A stretch of DNA of 59,213 bases, the filler included, from Platydemus manokwari (taxonomy: Eukaryota): the NCBI GenBank assembly GCA_037951405.1. It is 5 parts of 5 records of this genome, joined end to end, with 100 filler letters (N's around TTAATTAATTAA, not from the genome) between each part and the next. Parts side by side here need not be neighbours in the genome. Positions count along the whole stretch, not along the records: positions 26,529 to 36,491 come from JBBMOY011184544.1; positions 36,592 to 47,129 come from JBBMOY011126108.1; 3 more parts are not named here. One strand, 5' to 3'. Below the pieces are notes generated by a model. The model had not been told where the DNA came from. It saw only the letters and a list, made by a program, of their open reading frames with translations, and searched no databases. Of the stretch, positions 27,802-40,090 are shown piece after piece. Position numbers and translations under genes: made by a program. Position 1 is the stretch's first letter. Each line of letters begins with the position of its first letter.

Positions 27802-28992
27802 AGTAACGTCATTAAATAAATAAACACGTGGTGTTTGTCTAAATAATTAATTGGCGTTTTATTGTAGTTTTTCAAATAAATATTATGACGGAATGTGCTT
27901 ATAACTTAACTGGCGACCACGCCATACCAATCAACGCAATAACAAGGAACCAGCAGAAGAACCAGTTATTAGAGAGTTTCCCGAATCAGAGAAATGTACG
28001 CTTACCAAAGATGAAGTAGGATTTTTAGACCACACAGTCAGTGTTAAGGGCATTCAGACAATTTACGACAAAATCTAACAGATACGAGATGCCTCAGTAC
28101 CACATTGTACCAGGAAACATGCGATCATTTTTAGGACGGACAAGCTATAACAGGTGATTCATCAAGGATTATGCTTTAATAGCGGCTCCACTATACACCG
28201 TAATGGCAGTAGGAGATAAGGAATTACAATGGTCAGAATCGCGTCAAACAATTGTTTTTGAGCTAAAGTCGGCACTCTGTGAAGCACCAATTTTGATTAC
28301 CCAAGAGAAAATCGTATATTTGTTCTCGATACCGACGCAAGTTTTGGTCTAATCTGGGCCATTCTAAGCCAAGTTATTGAAGAAAGAAAAGAAGTAGTTA
28401 TAGCCTACGGGTCTCGATTACTGTCTAGTCACGAGAAAGGGTAATGTGTTAGCAGAAAGGAACTGCTGGCTATCCACGAGTATGTTATTTACTTTAGACA
28501 ATACTTGTTTGGGAACAAATTCATCGCGAGAACCGATCACAAAGCCTTGGTATTCTTGAACTCGAAACGAAAACCGATTAGCCCTCAATTTCAAAAATGG
28601 ATGGCGGCGCTGTCAGAATACGATTTCGATTTAAGATACAGAAAAGGAGAGAATCATAGCAACGCAGATGGATTGTCTAGGATCAACGAGACACTATGTT
28701 CCCAGTGCAAGACTAGACACGATGGATCAAAGACGAAAAAGCCGAAAACCAAAAATTTAGCTCAAATACAAATAAAGTCGGAGATGATGCAGAAAATACA
28801 GCAAGCACAGCACAACGATGTAGAAATAGTGGAGACATTCAGATTTCTAAATGTTGAAATAACTCTTACTAGCGCGGAGTACTGGAATAAACATTCACTT
28901 CGACAATACGCTGGTGCTTGAGAAAGAGAACGGTTTAGCTGCTATAATACCGAAAGATTTTGCCGCTCAATTTGTCAAGACAATTCACAATC
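27802..28992 (+). mobile_element. Internally deleted Ty3/Gypsy element (short LTR candidate, PBS, RT 3' part, RNase H, integrase start)
   Basis: About 110-nt candidate LTR with AATAAA, followed by TGGCGACCACG. Peptides: MRSFLG, VLDTDASFG, VIAYGSR, KELLAI, YFRQYLFGNKFIARTDHKAL, YRKGENHSNADGLSR. Confidence 0.85.
27911..27921 (+). promoter_or_regulatory. Primer-binding site, tRNA-Arg type
   Basis: TGGCGACCACG is complementary to the CGTGGTCG-CCA 3' end of metazoan tRNA-Arg(TCG), recalled from known sequences. Confidence 0.65.
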
Positions 28993-30239
28993 TATAGAAA
29001 AGAATCTCAAATTTTACATAAAAATGGTTTTATCAATGAGAAATATAAAACGAAAATTTTAAAGATTAATATAAATTTGAAAAACATTTAAATGTTCAAA
29101 AAGTTTGTGAGGGATGTGTAGAAATCTTGTCCGATAGAAAATAATATTTATTTAACCGATAAAGTCAATATGTAAATTAGAAATATAAACAAAACATCAA
29201 TCGTCTGTAAATCTAAAATGTTTTCTGAAGAAATGATTAGTTTAAATGTATTATTAAATCCTTTTTTAAATGTAAAATTTCTCCTGTGTGATGTATGTCC
29301 CAGGACTTCAGCCAATCAAGTAAACAATGAACAGGGTCACAAACCCTCCGAGCAAGCATTTGTAGCACATGGGCAAGCGGTCTATGATACATGGATTCGC
29401 TTACAACAATTAGAGTACGAATATACTAAAGAGAGAAATTGCGTTGAATGTCTACGAGCACTCAACAAACGATGTTTAATGACAATAGGAACTCCAGCTA
29501 CCTATCCGGTCAGCAACAACGTAGATAACCAGGCCACAGCACGGCCAATCACTAAACGAATGTGCATTGACGCACCTACAACGGAAACTTTTGTATTTAC
29601 GGTACCAGATACGGCTGGTTTACCTCGTCACACTAAGCCTATGCAGCAGGCAAACACGACGGTCAAAAGCACCGATCTGGTTTGCCAACATTCTAATAAT
29701 AAATATGAACCAAGGTCCTCTAGGCCTTTACGCAATAGGAATATTATACATGAACCGAAGTTTGCAGGCCTTTATACCTGTAACCAAGGTCGCGCATCGA
29801 TATGCAATGAATCACAAAAAAGAGACTGACACAGTTTCCTACGGAACTCTATGACCAATTACAGAAACTGACATTGATGACGAAAAGATTAAGAGCCTTT
29901 TATGCTCTCACATTTATGTAACCATACCTAGGGACACTTTAGCCAGAGTGGCGCCTTTACTTGCTCCATTATTGGAACGAACGCCCATTTATCGGAGCTA
30001 GGTACAGCTCCTACTACAAAGATACGGTTATTACAAGGGACGGTATTACCGATGCCCGAGCCAATCTTGGTCTCTGTCTGTATCAAGGACAAATAAGAAC
30101 CAATTCCTAGAGACTCTAAAACGGATGACCAATGTCGCAAATCAGGCATTGAGTACATGGATGAAAATTCAAGGCGGTTGGGATCAATGCGGTCATAATC
30201 AACCCACCCTAACTGACGGTTTAGAAGGGCTGAATGGAG

Positions 30240-32060
30240 AATTTCTTAATACGCTCATTAAAGTCATTTTAATATGTAATCTTGTGGGAAAGACGTCTAT
30301 GCTAACTGCATATCACTGTGCTAAATCCAAACTCTCTACGGTATTTTCATTAGTGGATTTAATGAAATGCCTCGCCTTGCGATTACACAAAGTGCAAAGA
30401 GGACCACCGGAATTTTGCTACATATATCAAGAAATGGAATTTTATCGCACCAAGGTCAAGGAGTGCCGAGTCACAAAAGAGATTTTCGAATACTATTGTG
30501 GAGCGTTCATCCGAGCCTCGTACTTGACGCCAAACTGACACCCAAGAGTATAAACATCTCACCTGAAGCATGCGATGATGCTTTTGTACACGGGAAACTC
30601 AGAGTCGATAGTGGATTAACTTTCACAGCAGAGAGGAAAAATCTTAGTAGAAACTGTTACACGCGCGGAAAAATTCGAGCTGATGGAACATTTTTCTCAC
30701 GTAGTCGAATTAGAAGACTATACTGTGGAATTACGGCAATACGAAGGAACATAGACACTGGAAAAAAGACGCAATACCCCACTTGTAGCTCAACGAACAA
30801 TAGCTGCAAAGTGGATGGAGCAGTTTTAGCATACCGAGCCAAACAAAGTTACTGCGGATTAGCATTTTTAAAGCGAACCAGCTTTACATCTATAAACGGA
30901 ACCGCGTGGGAAGACAAGCCGAACAAACGCCACAAAATCACCAAAGCACGATTAGATGGAAAGCTCGAGGAAGAAACTAGTAAGGAGAGATCTACTCCAA
31001 TCGTATTAATGTCGATACAGCGATCTGATGCAATCAAGTTAATCAGGAGAGCATCTAGAGATAAATTTTGAGTGCTAATGTATAAAACGAACTATTAAGG
31101 CATCTATCTGAGTCAAAAAATGGCTAGGGATGCTTCCAGCATTCATCAAGGCGATATCAAAATTTCGAGCAACTTAAATAACAAGATAGATTATCTCTAC
31201 CATAACCTCCAGTTACAACTCACAGAAATCTATCAGGAAATGATACACAACAACTGTAAAAAGGACAAGGAAATTATTCGAAATAGGATGGCAATTGCTT
31301 TAACAAATCCCGATTTGGTAACGCCAGTCATCATGGAAAACGGTAGATATGGTAGAATAAGTGGCGAAGCTCTATACACATATGAATGCGATGCTATTCA
31401 AGTAACAGTCGCGCAAAGCACCGAATGCACAAGAAAACTAGCAGTTCATTACAAAAATAAAAAGAGGTATATGCAACCGATCACACACGTATTATTGAGA
31501 GAGGGGATGCCACCGCACCCAGCTGAGTGTAATCCACTCATATCCCTACTATACAAAATTAAAAATAAATGGGTAACCATACCTGACCGACGTCCTCCAA
31601 GAGACCCAGTTCAGACTCTGGACTTAAACATTATCGAAGGCAATATCAAATTTCACTCAATTAAGGGCATGGAGCAACGTGGTATATACACACCACAGGA
31701 CATTGAAGATGGGAGGCGAGTCCTCGTGTTCCCACAATTACGTGATCGCGGGATCACAGAAATCATTCGAACTATTTATGTAAATGGAGAAACAGTACCG
31801 AACTACGACTACTTATTCACAGTAGATCATTTTAAAAAGGCAGCTCAGCACATAGCATATTAAATATGGGGACATTTTGCAGCTTTCGGAACATTTGTTG
31901 CCGGCTGTACAGGAATCTATGTCATTGAAATAATTATCAAAGTAGTAATTCATCAACTGATAGCTATCTTTCAATTATATCAAGTTTATGAAGTGTCACT
32001 AAAACTATTATTTGGATTATGCCCAATGTGTGCAAATCATGTATTACATAAACATAATAG
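30240..32060 (+). pseudogene. Chuvirus/Monjiviricetes-type class III fusion glycoprotein (env-like) in element A
   Basis: Signal-like TLIKVILICNLV, then AYHC..FSLVDLMKC, YIYQE...VKECRV...YYCG, NNKIDYLY...LTEIYQEMIHNNC, NPD...GEALYTYEC, EC..LAV.Y...YMQP..VL, ECNPL..LYKIKNKW, GIYTPQDIE...FP, and membrane-proximal/TM IWGHFAAFGTFVAGCTGIYVIEIIIKVV. The motif series parallels chuvirus glycoproteins. One frameshift near 30505 and several stops. Confidence 0.82.
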
Positions 32061-32258
32061 AGAAGAGATTCAACTCGTTCTAAAGCTCATGACTCTGAAG
32101 CATCAACCAGTAAGGGAAACACCACCCGAATGGTTACAAGGTTACTTTCCTCCTAGGTGTAGTACGCCGAAAGCTCACCGTATAATTCCGATAATGAATC
32201 CGGATTTAACTCTGACGCAAGAGTAGTTTACAAACTAATTCAAACACAGGCACAGCAA

Positions 32259-35200
32259 TTGAGGCGAACTAGAAGAATGTATAAGTTATTGGACCAAATG
32301 GACAAAGCTGCGACATCCAAATCAGAATCGAATACAACCACAGCGCTGACTACTTATCCACTCGAGGAATTAAAAAAATATCAAGAAAAAACCGAACAAA
32401 TTGATACCATGATGCAACGACAGAATCAAAGCGGTTACACCGAACGACATTATATGGTGAATGACGAAAATGCATCTGAGAAATTAATTCAAATACGAGT
32501 CAATCGACATATTGCTTTAGCATTAGTGGACACTGGCGCTGCTTCCACTATAATACATTCGAGTATTCTTAACATATACGAACTACAAGGAATCGAAGAA
32601 ACGAATATAACAATCACAAGCATCAATGGAAGTGCCTTACCACTAATGGGAACGTTAAATTGTAAACTCCATTTATATGGCGAAACAGTACCAGTCTCTG
32701 TTAAAGTTTCTAAACACTGTCCATGTGACTGCGTAATCAGAAAAGATGTATTACGACAATTGAAAGGAATTATGTATGAATGTACCACAGTAGCACTCGC
32801 GAAAATAACCGCATTCATGGAACAAACCAGCATGCCACTCAGTGCATGCATTGCAACAGTTAAAAAAGGACAAATACCCATACGCATCGCTAATTTAACA
32901 AAAGAACAAAATATATGTAGATTAGGACAATTATCTGAGTATGTTCTCGAGTCTCAAGAAAAAACTTCTCCAAAATTATACGGGCCATTACAAACACAAA
33001 GCGCGGACATTCTCCCGCAACAATGCCAACAATTGACATAACTATTGAATAGATACGCCGAAGTCTTTGCCAAACATGAACATGATTTGGGCAAATGCAA
33101 TCTCATACAACATCGGATCGAGTTAAATGATCCTCACCCTATTTGTCAACGGACATATCGTACACCCATAGCAATGGAAGCCGAAATACCACGACAGATA
33201 AACGAATTACTCGATCAAAGACGAATCAGGCCTAGTAATTTACCATGGAGATCCCCAATAGTCATGGTCAAGAAAAAGAAAGGCAAAATGCGCATGTGCA
33301 TAGATTACCAAAAGGTCAATGAACAGACCCACTACCACTCATTTACAAAATGGTGAATCGAGTGAGGGGAGCAAATCTATTTACCACACTGGATCTCCAA
33401 ACAGGTTATAACAATATTGAAATGCATGAGGACTCGATACCAATTACCGCTTTCACTGACCGGAAAGGGTTGTACGAATATATGGTTATGCCATTCGAAC
33501 TCACCGGAGCCCCGGCAACTTTTCAACGTGCTACGAATCTTATGTTAATAGATACACACCACGCCATGGTGTACATTGATGATGTTATCATTTTCTCTAA
33601 TGGTTTTGATGAACAAATTGGAGATATAGAAGAAGTGCTGAAGAAAGTTATCGCTACTTGTGTCAAATTGAAGCCTACAAAATGCGAATGGGCAAAAAAG
33701 GAAGTTAAATATTTAGGCCACATAATATCCGGACAAAGAGTCAAATCGGACAGAGCATATATTGCCATAGTCGAATTGTATCCCAGGCACAAAGCTAGCA
33801 AACACATCCAAGAGTTTCTCGGATTAGTTAATTATTACAGAAGATTTATACGCAATTGTGCGGCCATAGCTAGGCAATTGAACGAATTATTACAGAAAAA
33901 CAAACCATTTCGATGGGGGCCTGAACAGGAACAAGCATTTATAGCATTAAAGAAAAGCCTCATTGCAGAACCCATTCTCAGACACCCGAACATGAGTATA
34001 TACTTTATCATTATGACGGATACAAGTGGTTATGCCATCGGGGGAGTTCTAGGTCAAGTGGACAACAATGGGAACGAATATGTCATAGCATATGTGAGCA
34101 GGGGCCTGAAGAGTCAAGAAAAGAACTATGCTGTTATTGAATTATAGGCGTTAGCAATAGTCTACGCAGTAGAACGGTTTCGAACCTTTATCTACGGTCA
34201 CGAGGTACATGTGTTAACCGAACATAGACCACTCCAGTGGCTCTTACAAGATCGCGATACAGCGTTTCGTTTAATTAGATACAATACAATATAAAAATTT
34301 GCCACAGACGAGGCAAAACAAATGGGAATGCAGACGCCTTATACTGAGCAAATCCCGGTAATTATGAAATAGATAATGATAATGTTTTTACTGCTGTCCA
34401 TTCATTAGGACAGGATGCAGATATTAGCCGATTACAAAAAGAAGATGAGGAAATAAGGAAATATTTGATGCACATAGATGATCTCCCTTCGAACTGGAGA
34501 AATTTCCAAGTGATTGATAACCAAATTCCGAATCCTTCGTGGACAAAATTTATTAAAAAAATATAGGGAGCAAATTGTATTTGAAGGCGATATTTTGAAA
34601 ATACAAGAGGCGGACGGGCACACTATTATCGTACCACAATCGCTACAAGATGCCATGCTACTTCATTATCATGATAGCCTTTTAGGGGGCCACTTATCTG
34701 AAGGGAAAATGCATTCACGACTACGACAGAAATACCTCTGGAGAAATATGAAGGTAGATGTAAATAATTGGTGTGCATCTTGGTGTGCCAAACCCGGAGA
34801 AATACGGGACAAAAATGTAAAGTTCCACTATGGCCAATGCCAGTGCCAAAATCACCAATGGAAACCGTAGCAATGGATTTAATCAGTCCATTACCTCTAA
34901 CGAAAAATGGTAATAAATATATTTTGGTCTTCTGCGACTACCTCACCAGGTAGCCAGAAGCATATGCAATTCCGGATTGAATGGCCAACACAGTAGCCCG
35001 GACATTTGTCGAAGAAATAGTATACCGTTATGGTGCTTCAAAGAAATTACTCACGGACAGAGGTGGAGAATTTCTTAATAATACATTGGATGAAATCAAT
35101 CGTATTTTTAAAATAACAAAGCTCAATACTTCACCATACCACCCTCAAACCGACGGGTTGGTCGAGAGATTCAACGGTACTCTCACTAATATGTTAGCAT

Positions 35201-35700
35201 CACATAAAAGCACAAGCCAGACAGATTGGAATGTTCACATCTCATCTTGTCTATTCGCATATCGAACTTCTGAACAATCCAGCACCAGCTATACTCTATT
35301 TTATTTAATGTATTTTTGGCATAGTTGCATGCCTGTAGACATCACAATTGACTCACAATTATCACAATACATGGATGAGGAAGACTATGTAGTAGTCATG
35401 AAGAAACGATTAGCCATCGCATGGCATAAGGCAAATCTAAACGTTCGTTATCGACAAGAACAAATGAAAGACACATACGATAAAAATAAAAAGGATCACA
35501 CACTACAAATAGGCGATAAAGTCATGCTTGAAAGCAAGGGGAGTGCAAAAAGGAAATCTCGCTCAAATTAAGTCTACCTTTCAAGGGCCGTTACATTATC
35601 GAGCGAGCTACTGACACTAACTTTGTAATTAGACCAGTTGGCAAAACATCTACAGAGCCAATATGGGTACATGCAAATCTCTGTAAACGCTACGAAGAAA
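32259..35700 (+). pseudogene. pol (protease, RT, RNase H, integrase with GPY/F-like tail) of element A
   Basis: ORF-track fragments 32259-33041, 33045-33356, 33350-34147, 34514-34870, 34768-34953, 34981-35571, plus LPFKGRYII...VHAN after a frameshift. Confidence 0.93.
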
Positions 35701-36491
35701 CTACAACACAATCAATGGACTCGACCACAGATACTGCAATTAATACGACAAGGAAATTCTCGGACAAAGCAAAGAAGAAAACAATGACTGGCAGCTATAG
35801 GGGACATCGATACCCTTTAGGTTCACAAATGTTTTCACTAACACGTCCACCAATTATCCGACCTATTTAGACATACAATTTGGGAAACTTTTGGGTAAGC
35901 ATAATTGCTCATAAAGACCCCTCACAATTTTACAGTGCAACTTTAATACGAAATTACCATAGCAAAGAGACAGTACAATTTACTCATCAACAACATGTAT
36001 TCGGAAATTTATGGCCAAATGAAACAATTACTCGTATATTGACATGTTAAATATCCGAAACTCGACAGTTACATCAGTTGCATGATAATATTAGTGTTGG
36101 GATAGTATGGAACGTCTTGTGCTCTATTCAGATAGTGAAGAGAGCGAAGACGAGAAAATCCCATATTCCATAAAAACATATAGTGAATGGAGACAGCAAC
36201 AACAGCTGTCCCAACACCAAAAACAGCCGCTGCAAAACAAACCTTTAGAATTCAAAAGACCAAAAACACCCCCAAAACAGAGACCCGGAACACCAACAGT
36301 TAAACCCGCAGCAGTAATAAAATCAAGGGAAAATTGGACTACCCAGAGCTGGAGCGTGGACTTAGACGCTTGATGTCAGTGGAAATTCCCATCTACGAAC
36401 TCGAGGAGTCAAATCCCAGAAATCAAGACAGTCAGCCCAGTCTCAAATAATGATATTGATTTTATATTCAACTGTTTAACAGTGTCTTTGA

Positions 36492-36591
36492 NNNNNNNNN
36501 NNNNNNNNNNNNNNNNNNNNNNNNNNNNNNNNNNNTTAATTAATTAANNNNNNNNNNNNNNNNNNNNNNNNNNNNNNNNNNNNNNNNNNNN
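36492..36591. other. Assembly spacer 3
   Basis: N44-TTAATTAATTAA-N44. Confidence 0.98.
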
Positions 36592-38689
36592 CCAAATGAA
36601 AAATGTCCTTTACGAAATTAAACATTTTATCCGATATAACAGATTAAATTTTTATATAATTTAGAATCAATTGTTTAACCGGATCATGTAATAGCAATTA
36701 TATTTTATTGATTTATCGATCTATTTATTCTATTGTTTATATATGCATTTCAAATATTTATATGCGGCCATAATTGTAACAAACATCTACTGAAGTCAGA
36801 TTTATAAAATAAATAAATAATAATAAATTGCTCACAATTTGGAAACAAGCTTATCAACTCTTAGAGCTCCTTTAGATTCATGAATATATCGTATAAAACC
36901 ATCTTTTGTAAACTTTAACGATTTATATGCAATATTTTTCGTAAAAATAAAATATCATATTAAAGGGAAACAATAATTGAAAATACTTTCTTAAATATTC
37001 TCCAGGCAACTGCTAATATTTTCATGAAAAAATCTAAAATTTATATGATATATTCATGTATCGAATTGCAGTTATCCGTACACAATTAATGAGATTATTT
37101 AAATATTTTCATTGAATTGGTATTTGTTTTCGACTGGGATAAATTGAAACTTTGAAAAATGACATATGAAAACTCAGATATGCATTTATAATAATATATT
37201 TAAGCCTAGTCTTTTCTACTGAAATTAAGGAACTCATCATGATACATCATTGCATCGTTTAACTACTTGTAGACATTGGGGCTGTTTATGGATGATTACG
37301 TTTAATGTAGAGAGAAAACGAATTTATATTAAATTAATTATCATAGACTACTAATCGTGACTTTTAGAATCACGCACTTCCCTAATAACCTACTAATCCG
37401 GACAGTTATGAATACCTTCTGTCTTAATTCGATTTTTCTTTACGAGAATAGTTTTATATTCAGGCCAATATTTTCTTAGTCTGGTGCAGTATCAGGAAAA
37501 CCTTTTCATTTATACACGTCATATTGATATATGTTATTTTTAAAAAATGCAGAAAATTCTCTTCATGTGAATTTTAAAATAAATGCGATTACATTTTTTT
37601 GTTTTTTTAATGTGGCTTAAAAATTACCTGAAAAACTATTTGTTGGAAAATTAAGGTCTTAATTTAATTAAGAACGTTCATTCATTGAAATACTGCCTGT
37701 CGAAAATCATATATTTAATCAGAGTTTTCAGAAACTATAGGAGACAATAATGTTTTTGTTTGAATTTTGTCCCAACCAATATCTATAATATGTAGATATG
37801 AAAATGAACTCTAAAAATGATGTATAAAAGCATTCTAATGAACAAACTAATATTGTCTTAGACAAGACGTAAAATTCGTAAAAATAAAATCTTTATTTTA
37901 TACCTCTCTTTATCCGTACCATGCATTTTTAGATAAAGAGGAAGAAGGCTTTTTATTTAAGACATTTTTTCCACGAATTGTCTAATGTAAGTTTATTTAG
38001 CCTTTGTAAACCTTATTGGTTACTAATCTATCTTCAAAATCATTCTAGTCGTACCACCTCAGATGGGTAGACCACGTGATTCCATTGAATTTTTTCATTT
38101 TTTTAAATCTCTAAAATTGATTTCCATCGATTAATTTATTGTTGGTCATTGGTAATTCTGAGCTGCATAGGTTTTATAAAATTTAATATAGGTATGTATA
38201 AATTCCGAATTATTAATTTGGTAATCTAGGACATAGCGAATAGGACAAAGTTGAATAAATATTTTGATTGTACACATTTAGCTGCACTTGTAAGTAAAGT
38301 GTTAGTATCTGTCTTCATACTATACTAGAACCATGTTTGAATGTACTAATCATCATAATGCTTTTAACTTATCCATCACAAGAGTGAATAAAAGTAAACC
38401 TTGGATTTTGAAACACATCTCAAATGAAAATTCCGACAATTGGTAAGAAATAATTCTTCTACGGCACTATAAAAAATAGATAACAAGTGTTCAATGAAAA
38501 TCGTGCAGTAAAATTATAATGAATAAAAATATCAATTATTAGATTCGGTTTTGGCTGTCCATGGAAATTAAGAAGTACTTGATGTGGGCTTAAAAATTTC
38601 GAAATTCTGTGATGACCTTCATAACGATATCCGTTCTTCTTTGTCTTGTGTGGTTCTATCTTCACTAAAACTTCGTCTTCAACCTCGAA

Positions 38690-38825
38690 AATTCTACAAC
38701 CTTCTTTTTAGCATCAAATTTCCTTAGTTTTTAGTAGTAGTTTCGAACGACTGAATATAGTGTAATAAGTATTTGTATCCACCCAAACGTTTATTTTCTA
38801 CAGGCTGGAATTCGATTACTGGATT
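38690..38825 (-). mobile_element. Possible Copia-type integrase remnant
   Basis: PVENKRLGGYKYLLHYI and LLLKTKE resemble Copia GP....S.GG..Y.L.F.D...LK.K; very short. Confidence 0.3.
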
Positions 38826-39379
38826 ATAGTGCCGATCTCAATGTCATTTATTAGAATTCCTTAATTTTTCATAAAATTCTCCCCAGTTTCTATGGAGATG
38901 AGAAATTGAAAAATATTATAATTCACTAAGTTGTTGATTTAAATTAGAAATAGAAATATAGACCCGGATGGAAGCTAGGCTGCCACAGGTTTTAATGGTT
39001 GGCTCTATATAGGATGATATTGCGAAGTGAGGAGTGGAACTTAGACGGAATCAAACCAGATCAACCCAATGCAGCAATTCAAGTCAAGCCAAATATAAAC
39101 TTATTATGAATATACACATCACCGTGAATATCTAACATTGTATCCTTTATCATTATCATTTTAGACCCTCAATTTTTAAACCATTTTTAATGCATGAGTG
39201 ATACATATGTAATATAACCTTAAAAGGATTATTAACCAAATTTCTTTATCAGTCGACTTTTTTTTACTTTATACAATTTTTAATTAAATAATTAATCAAT
39301 ATTTAGTGATATATTGATTTATAGTGCTTTCGATGAAAATAGAAATATTTAGCTTGTAGATAAAAATGATAAAATTCGA

Positions 39380-40090
39380 TTTCGTTTGAATCATCAGCTA
39401 TTCTGGACATAATACAAGCAACATGGATGACATGGCATTCCTCAAAAACGTTTCATCTCAATTATTCATTTTTATTATTATTACCATCTATTGGATTTTT
39501 AATGTTTCTATCGATATTTCCAGTCGAATAGGTCCTTTTCAAAAAATCTTCGCACCATTAACAGACTTCAAAACTCTTGAATCAAAGGAATTTCTTTTGA
39601 TAAATTATTAAATGTTTTCGTCGCATTATTGAACAACAACTTTTGATTGTATTCTCTGAATAATAGCCATATTTCAGATTATTATTCTTTTCTCCTGTTC
39701 CTTTTTGTTTTCAAAGTGAATAATGCATATCGTATTAAACAGATATTGTTGGGAGATATTATTATTGTTTTGATTAATCTAACATTACAATGCGTGAGAA
39801 TGAATTTTTAGAAAGTTTTTCTTTGAAAAGACTTGTGTTGACATGAATTGAAAAGATTTTCCAGTTGCTATGGTTACCGATTATGAAAAGTCTTTACAAC
39901 TGCTCTGTTTTCTGTTTGAGAACTCATTTGCTGCATATGAATTATGAAATATGATGAAATAAATTTCACTGATAATTTATTAGCATTGTTATTAATGTAC
40001 GTATATTCTCTATTCCCCATTCGAAATTGCTTTTTCACTCACTTATCTCTAAATGCCTCACTTGTCCGATGAGAAATTCCCAGGACATTA
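39380..40090 (-). mobile_element. Possible hAT transposase core remnant
   Basis: Broken peptides AISEWGIENIRTL..NANK and LTHCNVR* resemble hAT ..W.I...V.DNA.N and ..TRW motifs. Confidence 0.35.

Larger units (their letters stand above)
29290..36491 (+). mobile_element. Element A: Ty3/Gypsy retroelement with order unknown N-terminal domain - chuvirus-type glycoprotein - PR - RT - RNase H - IN - 3' ORFs (decayed)
   Basis: PR ALVDTGA (about 32530); RT PWRSPIVMV, LDLQTGY, MPFELTGAPATFQR, VYIDD; RNase H TDTSGYAIGGVL; IN HHCC and D-D-E (MDL, TDRG, VERFN). RT-RH-IN order indicates Gypsy. No LTRs identified; the 3' end runs into the gap. Confidence 0.92.

Noticed and set aside
30240-32060. Stand-alone endogenous chuvirus insertion
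   Set aside because: No nucleoprotein or L-polymerase sequence nearby, and the glycoprotein is collinear with Gypsy pol in three separate elements, which favours a retroelement-borne gene.
32489-33807. Antisense ORFs over element A pol
   Set aside because: Shadows of the sense coding frames; no independent evidence.
25650-34960. Stops at conserved Trp positions suggesting TGA=Trp recoding or targeted G-to-A editing
   Set aside because: Both TAG and TGA occur, alongside frameshifts and other stops, and host genes in the window end in TGA normally. Ordinary transition decay explains it; testing editing would need a mutation spectrum against a consensus.
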